Assembly: GCF_009914755.1 (NCBI RefSeq)
Contig: NC_060928.1
Reading direction: 5' to 3' (one strand)
DNA: 64,000 nt
DNA from: the human T2T-CHM13v2.0 reference genome, Homo sapiens
Below, piece by piece: positions 1 through 13,274 of this stretch. Under the pieces are notes generated by a model. The model had not been told where the DNA came from. It searched no databases and saw nothing but the letters and a program-made list of their open reading frames with translations. The position numbers and the translations under genes are program-made. Every line of letters begins with the position of its first letter. Positions within the stretch are counted from its first letter, which is position 1.

Positions 1-1161
1 CATACAATTAAATGGAAATTTAGAAACCTGCTCCTGAATGAATTTTGAGTAAATGACAAAATTAAGGCAGAAATTAAGAAATTCTTTGACAACAATGAAA
101 CCAAAGATTTAACATACCAGAATATCTGAGACACAGGTAAAGCAGTGTTAAAAGGAAAGTTTATAGTGCTAAGTTCCTACATCAAAAAGTTAGAAAGATC
201 TCAAATTAACAACCTAACATCACAATTAAGGGAAGCAGAAAAACAAGAGCAAATCAACTCCAAAGATAGCAGAAGAAAAGAAATAACCAAAATCAAAGCA
301 GAACTGAATAAAATTTAGATGTGAAAATCCATACAAAAATCAATGAAACAGAAAGTTGCTTCTCTGAAAGAATAAATAAGATGAATAGACCACTAGTTAG
401 ACTAATAAAGAAAAAGAAGAGAGAAGATCCAAAACACAATCAGAAATGACAAATGTTGCATTACTACCAACCCCACAGAAATACAAAAATCTCTCAGAGA
501 CTATTATGAATACCTCTATGCAAAAAAAAAAAAAAAAAAAAAAAACTAGAAAATCTAGGCAAAATGGATATATTTCTGGAAACATGCAACCTCACAAGAT
601 TGAACCGGGAGGAAACTAAATACCTGAATAGACTAACATGAGTTCTGAAATTGAATAAGTAATATAAAACCTACCAACCAGAAAAAGCCCTAGACTAAAT
701 GAATTTGCAGCCAAATTCTTCCAGATGTAGAAAGAAGAGATGGTACCAATCCTGAAACTATTGTAAAAAATTATGGAGGAGGGACTCCTCCCTAACTCAT
801 TCAAAGAGGTCAGCATCATTCTGCTACCAAAAACTGGCAGAGACACAACAAACGAAGAAATAATTTAGGCCAGTATTCCTGATGAACAACACAGATGCAA
901 AAATCTTCAAGAAAATACTAGCAAACTAAATCCAGCAGCATGTCAAAAAGCTAATACACCAGGATCAAATAGATTTTATTCCTGGGATGCAAGGTTTGTT
1001 CAATATATGCATATAGGCTTTTAAAAAATTTCAGCATCATTTCCTGTTAAAATCCCTCAACAAACTATGCACTTAAGGAACATCCCTCAAAATAAAATGA
1101 TTCATCTATGACAAACCCACAGCCAATATCACATTGAACAAATAAAAGCTGGGAGCATTCC
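1..1161 (+). mobile_element. LINE-1 (L1PA15/16-like) ORF2 fragment, left part; runs off window start
   Basis: Clearly homologous to the L1PA4 ORF2 at ~38885-40097 (e.g. acctgctcctgaatga, ggtaccaatcct, attcctgggatgcaagg); multiple stops and indels; stops at attcc where the MaLR inserted. Confidence 0.92.
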
Positions 1162-3165
1162 TGTATTGGTCTCTTTTCACACTACTTTAAAGAACTACCT
1201 AAGACTGGGCAATTTATAAAGAAAAGAGGTTTAATTCAGCCACAGTTCTGCATAGCTGGGAAGGGCTTAGGAAGCTTAACAATCATGGCAGAAGGGGAAG
1301 CAAGGCATGATTTCATGGTGGCAGGAGAGAGAGAGAAAAAAAGAAAGAGAGAGTGAGAGAGCAAGGGGGGAAGTGCCACACTTTTAAACCATCAGATCTC
1401 ATGAGAACTCACTGTCACAGGAATACCACTGGGGAAACTGTCCCCATGATCCAATCACCTTTCACCAGATCCCTCCCCTGAAATGTGGGAATTACAATTT
1501 GAGATGAGATTTGGGTGGTGACACAGAGCCAAACCCCTGACCCTTCCCAAATCTCATGTACTTCTCCTATTTCAAAACAAATCATGTCTTCCCAATAGTC
1601 CCCCAAAGTCTTAACTCATTCCAGCATTAACTCAAAAGTCCATGCCCCAAGTCCCATCTGAGACAACATAAGTCCCTTTCATCTATGAGCCTGTAAAATA
1701 AAAAAAATAGTTACTTCCAAGATACTATGGGGTTCAGGCATTGGGTAAATGCTCCCATTCCAAATGGGAGAAGTTGATGAAAACTAAGGGGCTACCGACC
1801 CCATATAAGTCTGAAATCCAGCAGGGCAGCCATTAAATCATAAAGCTCCAAAATAATCTCCTTTGACTCTGTGTCTCACATCCAGGGCATGATGATGCAA
1901 GATATGGGCTCTCAGGAGGCTGCACTCTGAAGCCCACCCCTGCAGCACTTCAGAGTACAGCCCCTGCTGCTGCTTTTATGAGGTGGTGTTGAGTGGCTGC
2001 AGCTTTTCCAGGTGCACAATGCAAGCTGTTGGTGGATCTACCATTATGGATTCTGGAGGATAGTGGCCCTCTTCTCACAGCTCCACTAGGCAGTGCCCCA
2101 GTGGGGACTCTGTGTAAGGGCTTCAACCACACATTTCCCTTTTGCTTTGCACTAGTAAAGGCTTTCCATGAGGGCTCCATCCCTGCAGCAGACTTCTAAC
2201 TAAACATCCAGGTGTTATGCTAATTTCTGCAGATGGCTTGAATTTCTCCCCAGAAAATTATTCTTTCTTTCTACAATATGATCAGGCTGCAAATTTTCCA
2301 AATTTTTATATTCTGCTTCCTTTTTAAACATAAGTTCCAATTTCAGACCATCTCTTTGTGAATGCATGAATGCATATGACTATATGCATTTAGATACAGT
2401 CATGTTATTTCTTGAATGCTTTGCTGCTTAGAAATGTCTTTCATGAGATACCTTGACTCATCTTTCTAAAGTTCAAAGTTCTAAAGATCTCTATGGCAGG
2501 GGCATAATGCCACCAGTCTCTTTGCTAAAGCACAGCAAGAGTGACCTTTACTCTAGTTCTCAATAAGTTCCATATCTCCATCTAAGACTACCTCAGCATG
2601 GGTCTCATTTCCCATATTACTATCAGCATTTTGGTCAAAACCATTCAACAAGTCTGTAGGTAGTTACAAACTTTCCCACATCTTCCTGTCTTCTTCTGAG
2701 CCCTCCATACTGTTCTAACCTCTGCCCATTACCCAGTTCCAAAGTTGCTTCCACATTTTCACATATCTTTATAGCAATGCCTCACTCTTGGTACAAATTT
2801 TTTGTATTAGTCTGTTTTTACATGCTCTAAAGAACTACTTGAGACTGGGTAATTTATAAATAATAGAGGTTTAATTGAGTCACAGTTCTGCATGGCTGGG
2901 GAGGCCTTAGGAAACTTACAAGCATGGCAGAAGGGGAGGAAGCAAGGCACAACTTACATGGCGGCAGGAGAGAGAGAAAGAGAGTGAGGGATGAAGTGCC
3001 ACACTTTTAAAGCATCAGATCTCATGAGAACTCACTGTGACAAGAACAAAATGGGGGAACCACCCCCTTGATCCAATCACCTTCCACCAGGTCCCTCTAT
3101 TGACACATGGGAATTACAATTTGAGATGAGATTTGGGTGAGACATAGAGCCAAACCATATCATCA
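1162..3165 (-). mobile_element. Two-LTR ERVL-MaLR provirus, THE1D-like (LTR ~1162-1535, internal ~1536-2802, LTR 2803-3165)
   Basis: Both LTRs start tgtatt(g/a)gtc and end acagagccaaacc(atatca); internal region is collinear with the MSTA-int at 25637-27237 but lacks ~350 bp near 2215; perfect 5-bp TSD attcc at 1157-1161 and 3166-3170. Confidence 0.9.
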
Positions 3166-4045
3166 ATTCCCCATTGAGAACTAGAAGAAGACAAGGATGC
3201 CCACTCTCACCACTCCTATTCAACATAGCACTGGAAATTCTAGCCAGAGGAATCAACCAAGAGAAATAAATAAAAGGCATCCAAAGGGAAGAGAGGAAGT
3301 CAAAATATTTCTCTATGCAGACAATATGATTCTATACCTAGAAAACCCCATGGTTTCTGCCCAAAGGCTCTTAGATCTGATAAACAACTATAGCAAAGTG
3401 TCAGGATACAAAGTCAATCATAAAAAATCAGTAGCATTTGTATAAACCAATAACGTCCAAGCTGAGAGCCAAATCAAGAATGCAATTCCATTCACAATAG
3501 GCACAAAATGAATAAAAAACCCAAACGAACACTCAAAGGAATATAAATCATTCTAACATTAAGAATCATACATGCTTATATTAATCACAGCACTATTCAT
3601 TATAGCAAAGACATGGAATCAACCTAGATGTCCATCAACAGTGGACTGCATAAAGAAAATATGGTACATATACACCATGGATACTATATAACCATAAAAC
3701 AAATTAAATCATGTTCTTTGCAGCTAAGTGGATGTAGCTGAAGGCCATTATTCTAAGAGAATTAATGTAGCAACAGAAAACCAAATACCACATGTTCTCA
3801 CTTGTAAGTGGGAGCTAGACATTCAGTACACATGAACACAAAGAGGAGAACAATAGACACTGAAACTTACTTGGGGGTGGAGGCTAGGAGGGTGAGGACT
3901 GGAAAACTACATATTGGGTACTATGATCACTACTTGGGTGACAAAATCATTTGTACAACAAACCCCAGTGACACACAATTTACCCATGTAACAAACCTGC
4001 TCATGTAACCCCTGAAACTAAAATAAAAGTTAAAGAGAAAAAATA
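3166..4045 (+). mobile_element. LINE-1 (L1PA15/16-like) continuation: RT region, internal deletion, 3'UTR and A-rich tail
   Basis: ORF 3197-3445 contains [19 protein letters not shown] (the L1 FADD motif region, degenerate); jumps at ~3520 to late ORF2; 3'UTR ends cccctgaaactaaaataaaagtt. Confidence 0.92.
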
Positions 4046-5419
4046 AGAAAATAGATACTGCCTGACATTAAACTAAAATTTTTCTCATAAACTCAATTTC
4101 AAATTTTGTATGTTTCAAAATATTTGTGCTTTTCATACATTAATGTTATAACAGATAAACTTCATAAATTAGAGATTATTACTTACATGTGTACTAATGC
4201 AACTGTAAAGCTGCCTTCATATTGTTACTTTTCAAATATGGTCAGATAATATATTTCAAAAAGCTGAACCAGTTTTCTTCTTTAAAAATATTCTTTTATT
4301 TAGAGGCAAGGTAATATTAATTTATAAAAAGTATTTTAATGAGACTAATGAGCTATTTTTACTTAAAGACAAAAATATAATCTAAATATATCATTTTAAC
4401 TTTGTTGCCAAAGTTAAAATAAGTTTTAAATCAATTATCTTTGTTGTCACCCTAAATGGGCGATATTCTATTATTTCAAAACTCGATGTTATAATAAACA
4501 TTCATGACGACTAAACTTATTTAAAATTATCATATTTCTATCTTTATTTTCATGGGGAAGTGATTAAATCCAATTGGTTAACTTTAGTAGTTTTTAAGAA
4601 AGATTTAGGAAAGAAAAGAAAATCCACAAAATGTTATAAAAATTAAATCAGCAGTAGTGTGCCCTTCTTATAAAGCAATTCTAACATTCAGCATGTTACC
4701 AATATAAACTTTGGAAAAAATCACTATTTTTCTAATAAAATGTTTAATTTTCTTTGATTATTTAAAAATAATATTAAAGCAATTTCTATTAAGCAAAAAG
4801 CATTAAAGCAATCTCGCAATTATAGGTGAGTGGTACTTAAATTTTCTTTGTATACTATAGAAATTGTGTTGATCTAAGATTCCAACAAGGTCATTTTAAG
4901 TAGTAGAAATATGTTTAAGCCTGCGATTCAAAAGTAAAACATAATTTGTAAAAATCAACATCATTAAAGTTTCAAAGATTTATTCAGCTATATATTTTAA
5001 ACATTTTAAAAATATGGCTTATTGTATAATGTATATTAATATAATATCTGAAAACATAATTGTATACAAAATTTTATACATGCATATATACATATTATGT
5101 ATTCTATAACACTGTGCTTTAAAATTAATGTGAGTTGGGAGCTGTTTTTTCATCACAACTTATGACAAAACTTGCCTATACTCCTCACAAAACCAAAAAG
5201 TTTTCTTTGTATGCTTTAATTTTCTCCACTGATTGTTTTCTCTCTTCAATGACAAATCCTTCTTCCAGGTGCCTTAGGCTGTAATATTTACTCAATTTTT
5301 CCTTCACATAAATAACATAAATAAGTAGGCATTATATGTGCACACAAATTTAATAATGTTAATGTATTCATTCCAAAGAGCTTTATTTGCATGAACAGAC
5401 TTTCATTTTCAGGGCTGAA

Positions 5420-5900
5420 ATGTATTCACTCATTCATCAGTTCAATCATTATTTCTCATTTTCATTTATCTATTTACCCATTTATCTACTCATTCAACAT
5501 ATACTTAATAAGAGTTTTCAGAGACAATGACATGTTGCAATTATACAAAGATAAAAGGTTTTCACAGGTTCTGCAATATCTATATTCAAGGCAGAATGTA
5601 TAGTAATTATATAGGCATTGGGGCAGGAATTAGAAGATATGTTTGAGAAAGAGTAAGACAGTCTGCTAGCTAGAATAAAACATGAAAATGGGAAAAGGTG
5701 GTATGTGCTGAGAACTGACACATCACATATATATTGAGAGCTGTATTATCTAAGGCTTTGCAGGCCATGGTGAGGGGTGTGAATATAGTACTGAGTTAGA
5801 TAAAACACTATAAAAAATATGGATAAGAGGATAATTATAGTTTGGTCTATATTTTTGAAGAAAAACTGAATGATATGTTGAGTATATACTGTGCAATGCA
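5420..5900 (-). mobile_element. L2 fragment
   Basis: cattcatc...actcattcaacatatact L2-tail-like sequence and gcaggccatggtgagg; highly diverged. Confidence 0.45.
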
Positions 5901-6178
5901 AGAATAAAGATGGGAGTAAGTAGAGACTGGTATAGTCACATCATGAATAGCTAAACTCAGAAGGTCAAAGAAGAAACAGGAAATGGGAAGGAAAGCAGTG
6001 GTCTTAACACAGGAGCAAATTTAAGTGTAAGTCATTTTTTTAGCTAGGCAAAAGAAGAGATGAATCTGAAAAGAAAAACACAAGCAAGAATAAAAACAAT
6101 GGTAATAGCCAAAAGTTAAATAGTACTTAATATATACTAATAAAATTTGCATATATTAACTTTCTTATTTCTATAAAG

Positions 6179-6795
6179 TGTAAGCCAAATTCACAGGACT
6201 CAAAAAAGTGCTATATTGGCAATTTCATTTTTATTGTCACCAAAGCATACAATCAAGACCAACCAAAGGAAGAGATTGGGTGGAATTTGAGACTAGGAGT
6301 CTTCCAAACACAAAGCTTCCATGTCCTCAGGGATATGTTGTTTCTCCAGTATTAATGGGTGAAAATATGTGAATTGAGTATTGCCAACATAAGATACTCA
6401 CCTGAACTTCAGTGTCCAGAGATTTTATTGAGGTTTCATTATATAAGCATGATTAATTAAATTATGGCCTATGTGGTTGAGTTCAGTCTCCAACCCCCTT
6501 CCCCTTCCCCCAGAGGTCAGGCTGATTGATACTTTCTTGGCTCAATATCTCAACTCTATAATCACAAGGTTGATCTTTCTGCAAGAGCAGCCTTCACCCC
6601 AAGACTATCAGATGTGGCTGGCACCATCTTGAGTCATCTCATTAGCATAAAGTTTACATGTGGTTTGATGGGTCCATTATGAATAACAAAGACACTCCTA
6701 TAACCTGAGAAGTCCCAAGAGTTTAGAGCTTACCTACCAGGAACTGGGACAAAGGCCAGATCTTTCTTTGGGTAAGATTAATTCTTCATTACACT
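6179..6795 (-). mobile_element. MER21-family (MER21B/C-like) LTR
   Basis: agtgtccagagattttattgaggtttcatt, gagtcatctcattagcataaa, gaataacaaagacactccta and gggacaaaggccaga motifs. Confidence 0.7.
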
Positions 6796-6829
6796 ACCAT
6801 TCATACTACTACTACTACAAGAAACAATT

Positions 6830-7045
6830 AAAATAATGGTAATAGCAAATAATTGAAAAGTGCTTACTACATATTGAGAAGATTTGTTTATTCCCCATAA
6901 TAACCAGTGAGATTATTATCTCCGTATTGTAGATGAAGAAATTCAGGCACATCTTAATTAACTTGCTCAAAGTTAAAGATCAAGAAAGATGTGGAAAAAG
7001 GAATAGAACTCTGGGACATAGTCTTGAATCTGTGCTTCAATGGCA
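6830..7045 (-). mobile_element. MIR SINE
   Basis: attatctccgtattgtagatgaagaaattcaggcac...aacttgctcaaagt is the antisense MIR core. Confidence 0.7.
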
Positions 7046-7901
7046 ATATGGTGCTGCTTGTCCGTAAGACTATCCGAAGTTAAATCTGGATACAGGAGAT
7101 CAGCATTAGGAGGCAGGGCCAGATAGAAAATGAGTGCCAAAGGTATTAACCATCTTAGATTCTACACCTCTAAGCTTACAAGAAATGGTCAAACCATGAA
7201 AGAGACTCTAAATCAAGTGATGCCAAATACATGATGATTAATTTCACATGGATCCTTAATAATACCTTAAAGTCATGCTGCTTTCCTCCAGCCCACTTTC
7301 TCTCATACTCCTCACAATCACTATTTTAAATATTCTTCAAACTCTATTTAATGTGCTCATAAATTGCCATTAAAGCCTCTTCTCCTATTTTAAATGTTCA
7401 GAGAAGAGGATTCTCTGATATTTAGATTTTTTATACAACATATTCTTTAGAGAAGAGCTTGAGGTGTAAAATTGCTGATCCCTGTAGAATCTCCTGGCTT
7501 CCTGTCAACCAAATTTCTCAACTTACTAGAGGCAAAAAACTTGATTGGTCTTTTGTAGGTTACCCCATGACTTAAAGAAGACGTTAAGAGTTTAGGAATG
7601 GCAGTGATTGAGAAAGTAAGATGAGAGGGATTTTAAAGAACTGATGATATACTTCAGGGTCTACCCATGTTCTCTTCTTCTTGTAATCTGTGCACCATCC
7701 CTAGCCAATCTCTGGAATGCTCATAGTTTGAAATAGCTGCTTTAGTTGTGAGAAAGAAAAGAGCAATCCCTGACATCTATCAGCTGATATCTATTCTGCT
7801 CTAACAACTAGATTACAATGTTCCCTACTCAACATAAACAATTTCATAGAAAACCACAGTCAAACAATTTCACCTGTGACTGGTGGAACAAGAAAAAAAG
7901 T

Positions 7902-8700
7902 GTTGCCATGTTTGAGTGAAAAAAAAAAAAAACACGAAACAAAAAACCTAGAACACTTAGAAACCACAAAAGAACCAAATATCCCATTCTCTGGGCTACA
8001 GAAATGACTGCTGCTTCTTCATCAATTACAGTTCTGTCCCCATTCCATTACTCAAACTTCCTAGATAAAAATTACTGGGATACTGTCTTAGTGTGTTTGT
8101 GCTGCTATAATGGAATACCAAAGGCTGGGTAATTTATAAATAGAAATATATTGGCTCACAGTTCTGGAGGCTGGAAAGCCCAATGTCAAGGCGCTGGAAG
8201 ATTTGGTGATTCTGTTCCAAATGGTGCCTTAAATACTGCATCCTCTGAAAGAGAGAAGTCTAATATTTTGTCTTCATACGGCAGAGGGTGAAAAGGCAAA
8301 GAGGCAAAATGGGGTTGAACTTGCTATTTTATAATGACATCAATTCCACCCATGAGGACAGAGCCTTGCTAGCCTAAACACCTCCCAAAGGTTCCACCTG
8401 GTAAGGTCATTACATTAGCAATTACACTTTATCATGAGTTTTGAAAGTGACAAATGTTTAAATCACAGCAGCTACTTGGTCATAGAATGACCCTGCTTTC
8501 TGAAAGTGCTCAATTCAGTATATATTCCTTTGCATCCTGTCCAAAATCTCCCCTCACAAAGCCAACTTACTAATACCCCTTGTGTGAAACACCCCACAGT
8601 TTCCCATGGTACATGGTTTTCTTCACTGTAAGAAGTCAATGAACCTAACTGTATTTGAATACAGGTATGTTCCTTGGTCTTTGACAGTTGGACATTGGCA
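7902..8700 (+). mobile_element. Old ERV LTR (MER89/MER90-like), interrupted by the MST LTR
   Basis: 3' end ccccacagtttcccatggt...tacaggtatgttcc...ggacattggca; sequence appears to continue across the MST insertion. Confidence 0.45.
8084..8470 (-). mobile_element. MaLR solo LTR (MSTC/MSTD-like)
   Basis: tgtcttagtgtgtttgtgctgctataa...ggctcacagttctggaggctgg...aatcacagca; TSD gatac/gctac (1 mismatch). Confidence 0.8.
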
Positions 8701-8939
8701 GCCTGCTAACTTCCTGGTATTTTCCTTAAATTTTCTATTTCTTTGTAAAATCTAGAAACATATAACAACTCTCTACTGCTCAGTCCCAGGGCCTATTTCA
8801 TAGGTGTCTCATAGTCTGTAGATTTCAACTGAAACATTGTATATCTCCCTCATTTGCATTTTTTCTATATTCTTTACTTTAGTTCCCACCAACTTTAAGA
8901 ACAGAAATATTGGAGTGATTTGTTACTCCACATATTGGC

Positions 8940-9003
8940 ACTAAATTTCTTGTGTCCCAGGAAATGCCTCAGTCCCAGACAAACTGGGACAATTAATTAT
9001 TTA
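8940..9003. mobile_element. MER94-like hAT fragment
   Basis: gtcccaggaaatgcctcagtcccagacaaactgggaca resembles the MER94 end. Confidence 0.5.
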
Positions 9004-10409
9004 TATTGATTTATCCTTTTTAAACATCTCTAAAATGTACACATTTAAAATTATGGCAAAATTCATAATTGATGTCATAACTTGAATCAGCTATTTGGTC
9101 AGTTATTTAGTGAATTGAGACAATGGAGGCAATCAACGATATTTTAAAATTTTTCCTAAATAGACTTCTATTTGAACTTGCTCTTCCTGAAAAGGAATCA
9201 AGCTTATTATTAGCTCCTATTCAGTCCATGAAATGCCTTTACATGTCTATTAGAAATAATATGTACATTTATTTGCTTTCTGGAACTCTTGACATGTCCA
9301 GCTAGCTCCTAGAGATCCATATTACTCCTCTCGTCAAAACCCTCCAGAAATCATTCATGCCTGATCACTGGAAGTCCTGGTGGTCAAAAGAGGAGCAAGC
9401 TCTCTGCCTTCACAAGTTCCTAATTCTAAATAATCTGAATAATTTTTAGAGCTGCAGTTATTGCTTATTAGAGGATTAAATTATTCAATTTATCTAGCTT
9501 CATGTGCTCTCATCAATGACTCTTCTTCATAGTTTTATTAAGATGCACAGGCAAAGATATTGATGACACATACTAACTAATCTGATATAAGATATTTTTC
9601 ACTTGTAAATGAGTAAATTTCTTCATTATATAGCACTACTGATTGCAGAATTATTTGATGTTATCCTATAAATCTTCCTGTACTAAAGAGATTATTTTTA
9701 ATTAAGTTAATTAATAGAATTTGTTATATTATTCAAATACCATCACACATACACACACATTAAACCAGTGAGCAATTTTTGTGCCAATATATCTTAGAAA
9801 AGTCACTGTGAATTCTTCTTGTTATATTATATTATTATGAATATAGAAAAGTCATATTACGTAAGGGAGAGAAGCACTCAAACTTAGAAATTTAGAAGCA
9901 ACTTATGATATTTAAAAATTTCATGTCTCCCAAGAGGCAATTAATTCAGGCACACTAAGAGAAAATTCCATCTTCACATTTTAGTTAATATCTTGGAAGA
10001 CAATTTAATCTCCTCCAGGTATTCCTGTGCTGGGCCCCAACCTTAGAGCAGTGTCCTCACCTGCATGCTCTTTCTGTAATTTCCTAATAAAGGCACTTAT
10101 CAAAATTGTGTAAAATATCTCTTGGAAATACATGAATCCTGATCCATATCACAGCTACCTCTCCTCCATGGGAAAATGGCAAAGAGAAAACACAATATTG
10201 GCTTACGTGTAGTTGACCTTGAGCCACGTTACTGATACAGAGTGCTATATTGAGCTTAACTGGAGCCTGGATAATAATTTAGATGCCTAATAGGCTTCTT
10301 AATTTTCATAGTCTGCTGAAAGAAGAAAGTAGAGAAAAGATTTCTGGCATGGCTAGAGTGAACTTTAGATGAGGGAGAATACTGAAAATAAAGGAGACGT
10401 TTTCTGAAA

Positions 10410-10690
10410 CTATCCTTAATTTACTCATGTATTCCATATAGTGTGGACAATACATGTCATTAGATTCAAGGATTTAGCAGTTGAGAGAGACAGACACAGT
10501 CCCTGGCCTCCTGGAGCTTAAAGTCTTCTGGTATTGCTGTAGCACATTTGTCTCCCCTACGTGATCTCAAATTCTCTGAGTGCATAGGTCATTCTGTTCA
10601 CCAGTTAGTTTCTGTATGTCATAGTGTCTCCAATGCAGCAGGTGTGCAGTGACAATCTGCCCACTTACTGTGCAGAATAAATACATAGGT
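10410..10690. mobile_element. L2 3'-end fragments in both orientations
   Basis: agacagacacagtccctggcctcctggagctta (antisense L2 end) followed by a sense-L2-end-like segment. Confidence 0.45.
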
Positions 10691-12079
10691 CCTTAGACAT
10701 GTGCTCATTATTAATAAAAAAAGTATGAATATTGGGCAAGATTAGATCTATAAAGTCTGCTACATGTTTACAGATGTAGAAAAGACTTACTTGTCCCATT
10801 TCTTCAGTGAAGTGCTCGCTACTGAGGAGACTTTTGTCAGGTTTACGAGCTCCAGCTCACAAATAAAAATGTAGAAAAGCCCAGAGTGCACGTGCAGTAG
10901 AATTTTCTTGAGGCTGCTTTGCTGCCAGTAAATATACTCACAAACTATTAACAAGAAAGGATCTTTGAATTCCTGGGAAATTAAAAAAATTAATTAAACA
11001 TTGCCAACCAAATGGAATTTGATGCTTTTATTAATGGAGTCCTGCCTAAGAACAGGAAAACTGAAGAAACAGAAAAGAAAAAAAAATTTTTTTCTCATTC
11101 TTGTGATTTCAAAGGATAGTTTGTTGTACCCCCCAAAAGAAAGTATCTGATAGGGCATTGTTAAAATAGTTGAAATTCTAACACCCTGAAAACTTATATA
11201 AGGCCATTTCTGCTCAACATTCCACTGAAATACAGGGGAAGAGCACAGGTTGATCTTTCTGCCCACCCCAATTGGTCTTCTCTTATGTCAGAGAAAGATT
11301 ATATTATTCTTTTGTAGTGTGGTGAAAAGAAAGAAAGGAAGGAAGGTAGGAAAGAAGGGAGGAAAGGAGGGAAAATTTAGTGCACTAGTGTCACAAATAA
11401 GTTGTACAAGGCTCATTGGGAATGTTAGCCTCACATTCTCTTTCTTTAGATATGTAAAATATTTTTAAATAACTCTGGAATATAAGCTGAAAAAATAGGT
11501 TGTCTGGGAAAAGGAATAAATGAAGAAAATTTTTTATCTTTACTGAAGCCAAGTACTTATTTTCCAGGACATAAGAGGAACAGGAAAGTATTTCTAATCT
11601 GTTAATTTTATTTTTGTAGAACATATGAATGTGGAGAAAACTGAACAACCCTGTATCTGTTAATATTATTGAATAAAAGCAAACTGAAACAAAAGGGGTA
11701 AATATTTTTAAAGAAACTTGCTAAAATTCCATAGATAGCAAAAGCTGAATACATGTCACAGGGACAATAAAATAGAATAAGGATGTTTGACAACTTTGAC
11801 AAATATTTTACTGTTTCTAATATCAAATATTATAAATAATAATACACATGATCATGCAAAAATGTTGATCACAAACAAAAATACTTAAAATTAAATTTAT
11901 TGAGAACACTTCATTTTTTAAACCATTCATCTATCTGTATGCTTATGATTTGTCCCTCTCGGATATGCATGGTTTACTGCAAGAAGCATTTTAAAAAGAG
12001 AAAAATGGATTAGAATGTTATGAGTATACTGAAATAAATTATTTTATTAGTGACATTACTAGAAGGAGAAAATGATAAT

Positions 12080-12280
12080 ACTTCATATTATTAACACTGT
12101 TTACTTCAAAAAACACTTTGCACTCACAGACTCACAGTAATTTTGTGAAGAGGTCATGACAAATGCTGGCCCAATCTTAAGGATATAGAGGTCCAGAGAA
12201 GAGACCGACCTTCATGTAGGACACTAAGTGATAAATACCAAACAAATAGAAGTGGTTTCTCATTGTTAGTTCACTGCCTC
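12080..12280 (-). mobile_element. MIR fragment
   Basis: Degenerate antisense MIR. Confidence 0.35.
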
Positions 12281-12549
12281 TGTTATAAAACTCTACTAAC
12301 TGATTAGCAGTGTATTGAATACTCCTTACTTCCAATAATGTAAAAACACAGCAAACTAACCAACCACAAGATCAGTGTCAATATTCCCATCCACCAACCG
12401 TCATCATTTGCTCTAAGCATATGAGCAGACTTGAGGTTTTCAATATATTCTCTTCTCACAAGGTGCTACAAAATGAACCTCAGAGATATTGAGGCCAGAG
12501 AAGTTTTCTATTTGTAAGCTCCCAGAGATGTATTGGAACAAGTCTTACT

Positions 12550-12716
12550 CACTGGTTGGTGGTTCATAAACTTTGCCACATATTTAAATACGTGGAGCTT
12601 TAAAAAAACCCAATGCTCTGATGGCACTATATTCCAATTAAATAAGAATGTCTGGGGTGGGAAGAATTAGTGCTACTTTTTTAAGAGTCCATAATTAAGT
12701 CATATTTGGAACTACT
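12550..12716. mobile_element. MER5-family hAT-Charlie MITE
   Basis: gtggttcataaacttt...ggagctttaaaaaa...aattaaataagaatgtctggggtggg...ttggaactact. Confidence 0.55.
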
Positions 12717-12752
12717 CAGCAGAATCAAGTGAGTGGTCAATTATTTGTGAAT

Positions 12753-13069
12753 AGATATGGTTTGGCTGTGTCTCCACCAAAATCTCATCTTGAATTGCAG
12801 CTCCCATAATTCCCAGGTGTCATGGGAGGGACCCAGTGGGAGGTAATTGAATCATGGGACAGGGGTTGGGTTTTCCCATGCTGTTCTCATTGATAGTGAA
12901 TAACTTAGGAGATCTGATGGTTTTATAAACGGCATTTCCTGCACACGCCCTCTTGCCTTCCTTCATGTAAGATGAAACTTTGCTCCTCCTTCACCCTCTA
13001 CCATGATTGTGGAAGTTGTAGCCAGCCTTTGGTATATCTTTGTTGTTAGCATGAAAATGGACAAATACA
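12753..13069 (+). mobile_element. THE1 (THE1C-like) solo LTR with a short internal deletion
   Basis: gatatggtttggctgtgtc...gggagggacccagtgggaggtaattgaatcatgg...aataca; perfect TSD tgaat at 12748-12752 and 13070-13074. Confidence 0.9.
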
Positions 13070-13098
13070 TGAATCCTAGATGATTCCTCTCTGTACAT

Positions 13099-13274
13099 CA
13101 GTGTCTTTCAAGTTTCCCTCACCTCAGGAGTCACTGGGAACTTTGTTAAACTCCTGATCATCTTTAACCCCTCTCTTGTACATTCTGCTTTAGACGATAA
13201 ATGCCTAGTAATGTGTGTTTTAACAAGTGCGGTCTGGTGACTCTTAGCTCAGTTTGAAAGTTTGGGAAACATTG
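13099..13274. mobile_element. MER5/MER3-like hAT MITE
   Basis: cagtgtctttcaagttt ... aagtttgggaaacattg imperfect terminal inverted repeats; tgtgttttaacaag. Confidence 0.55.
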
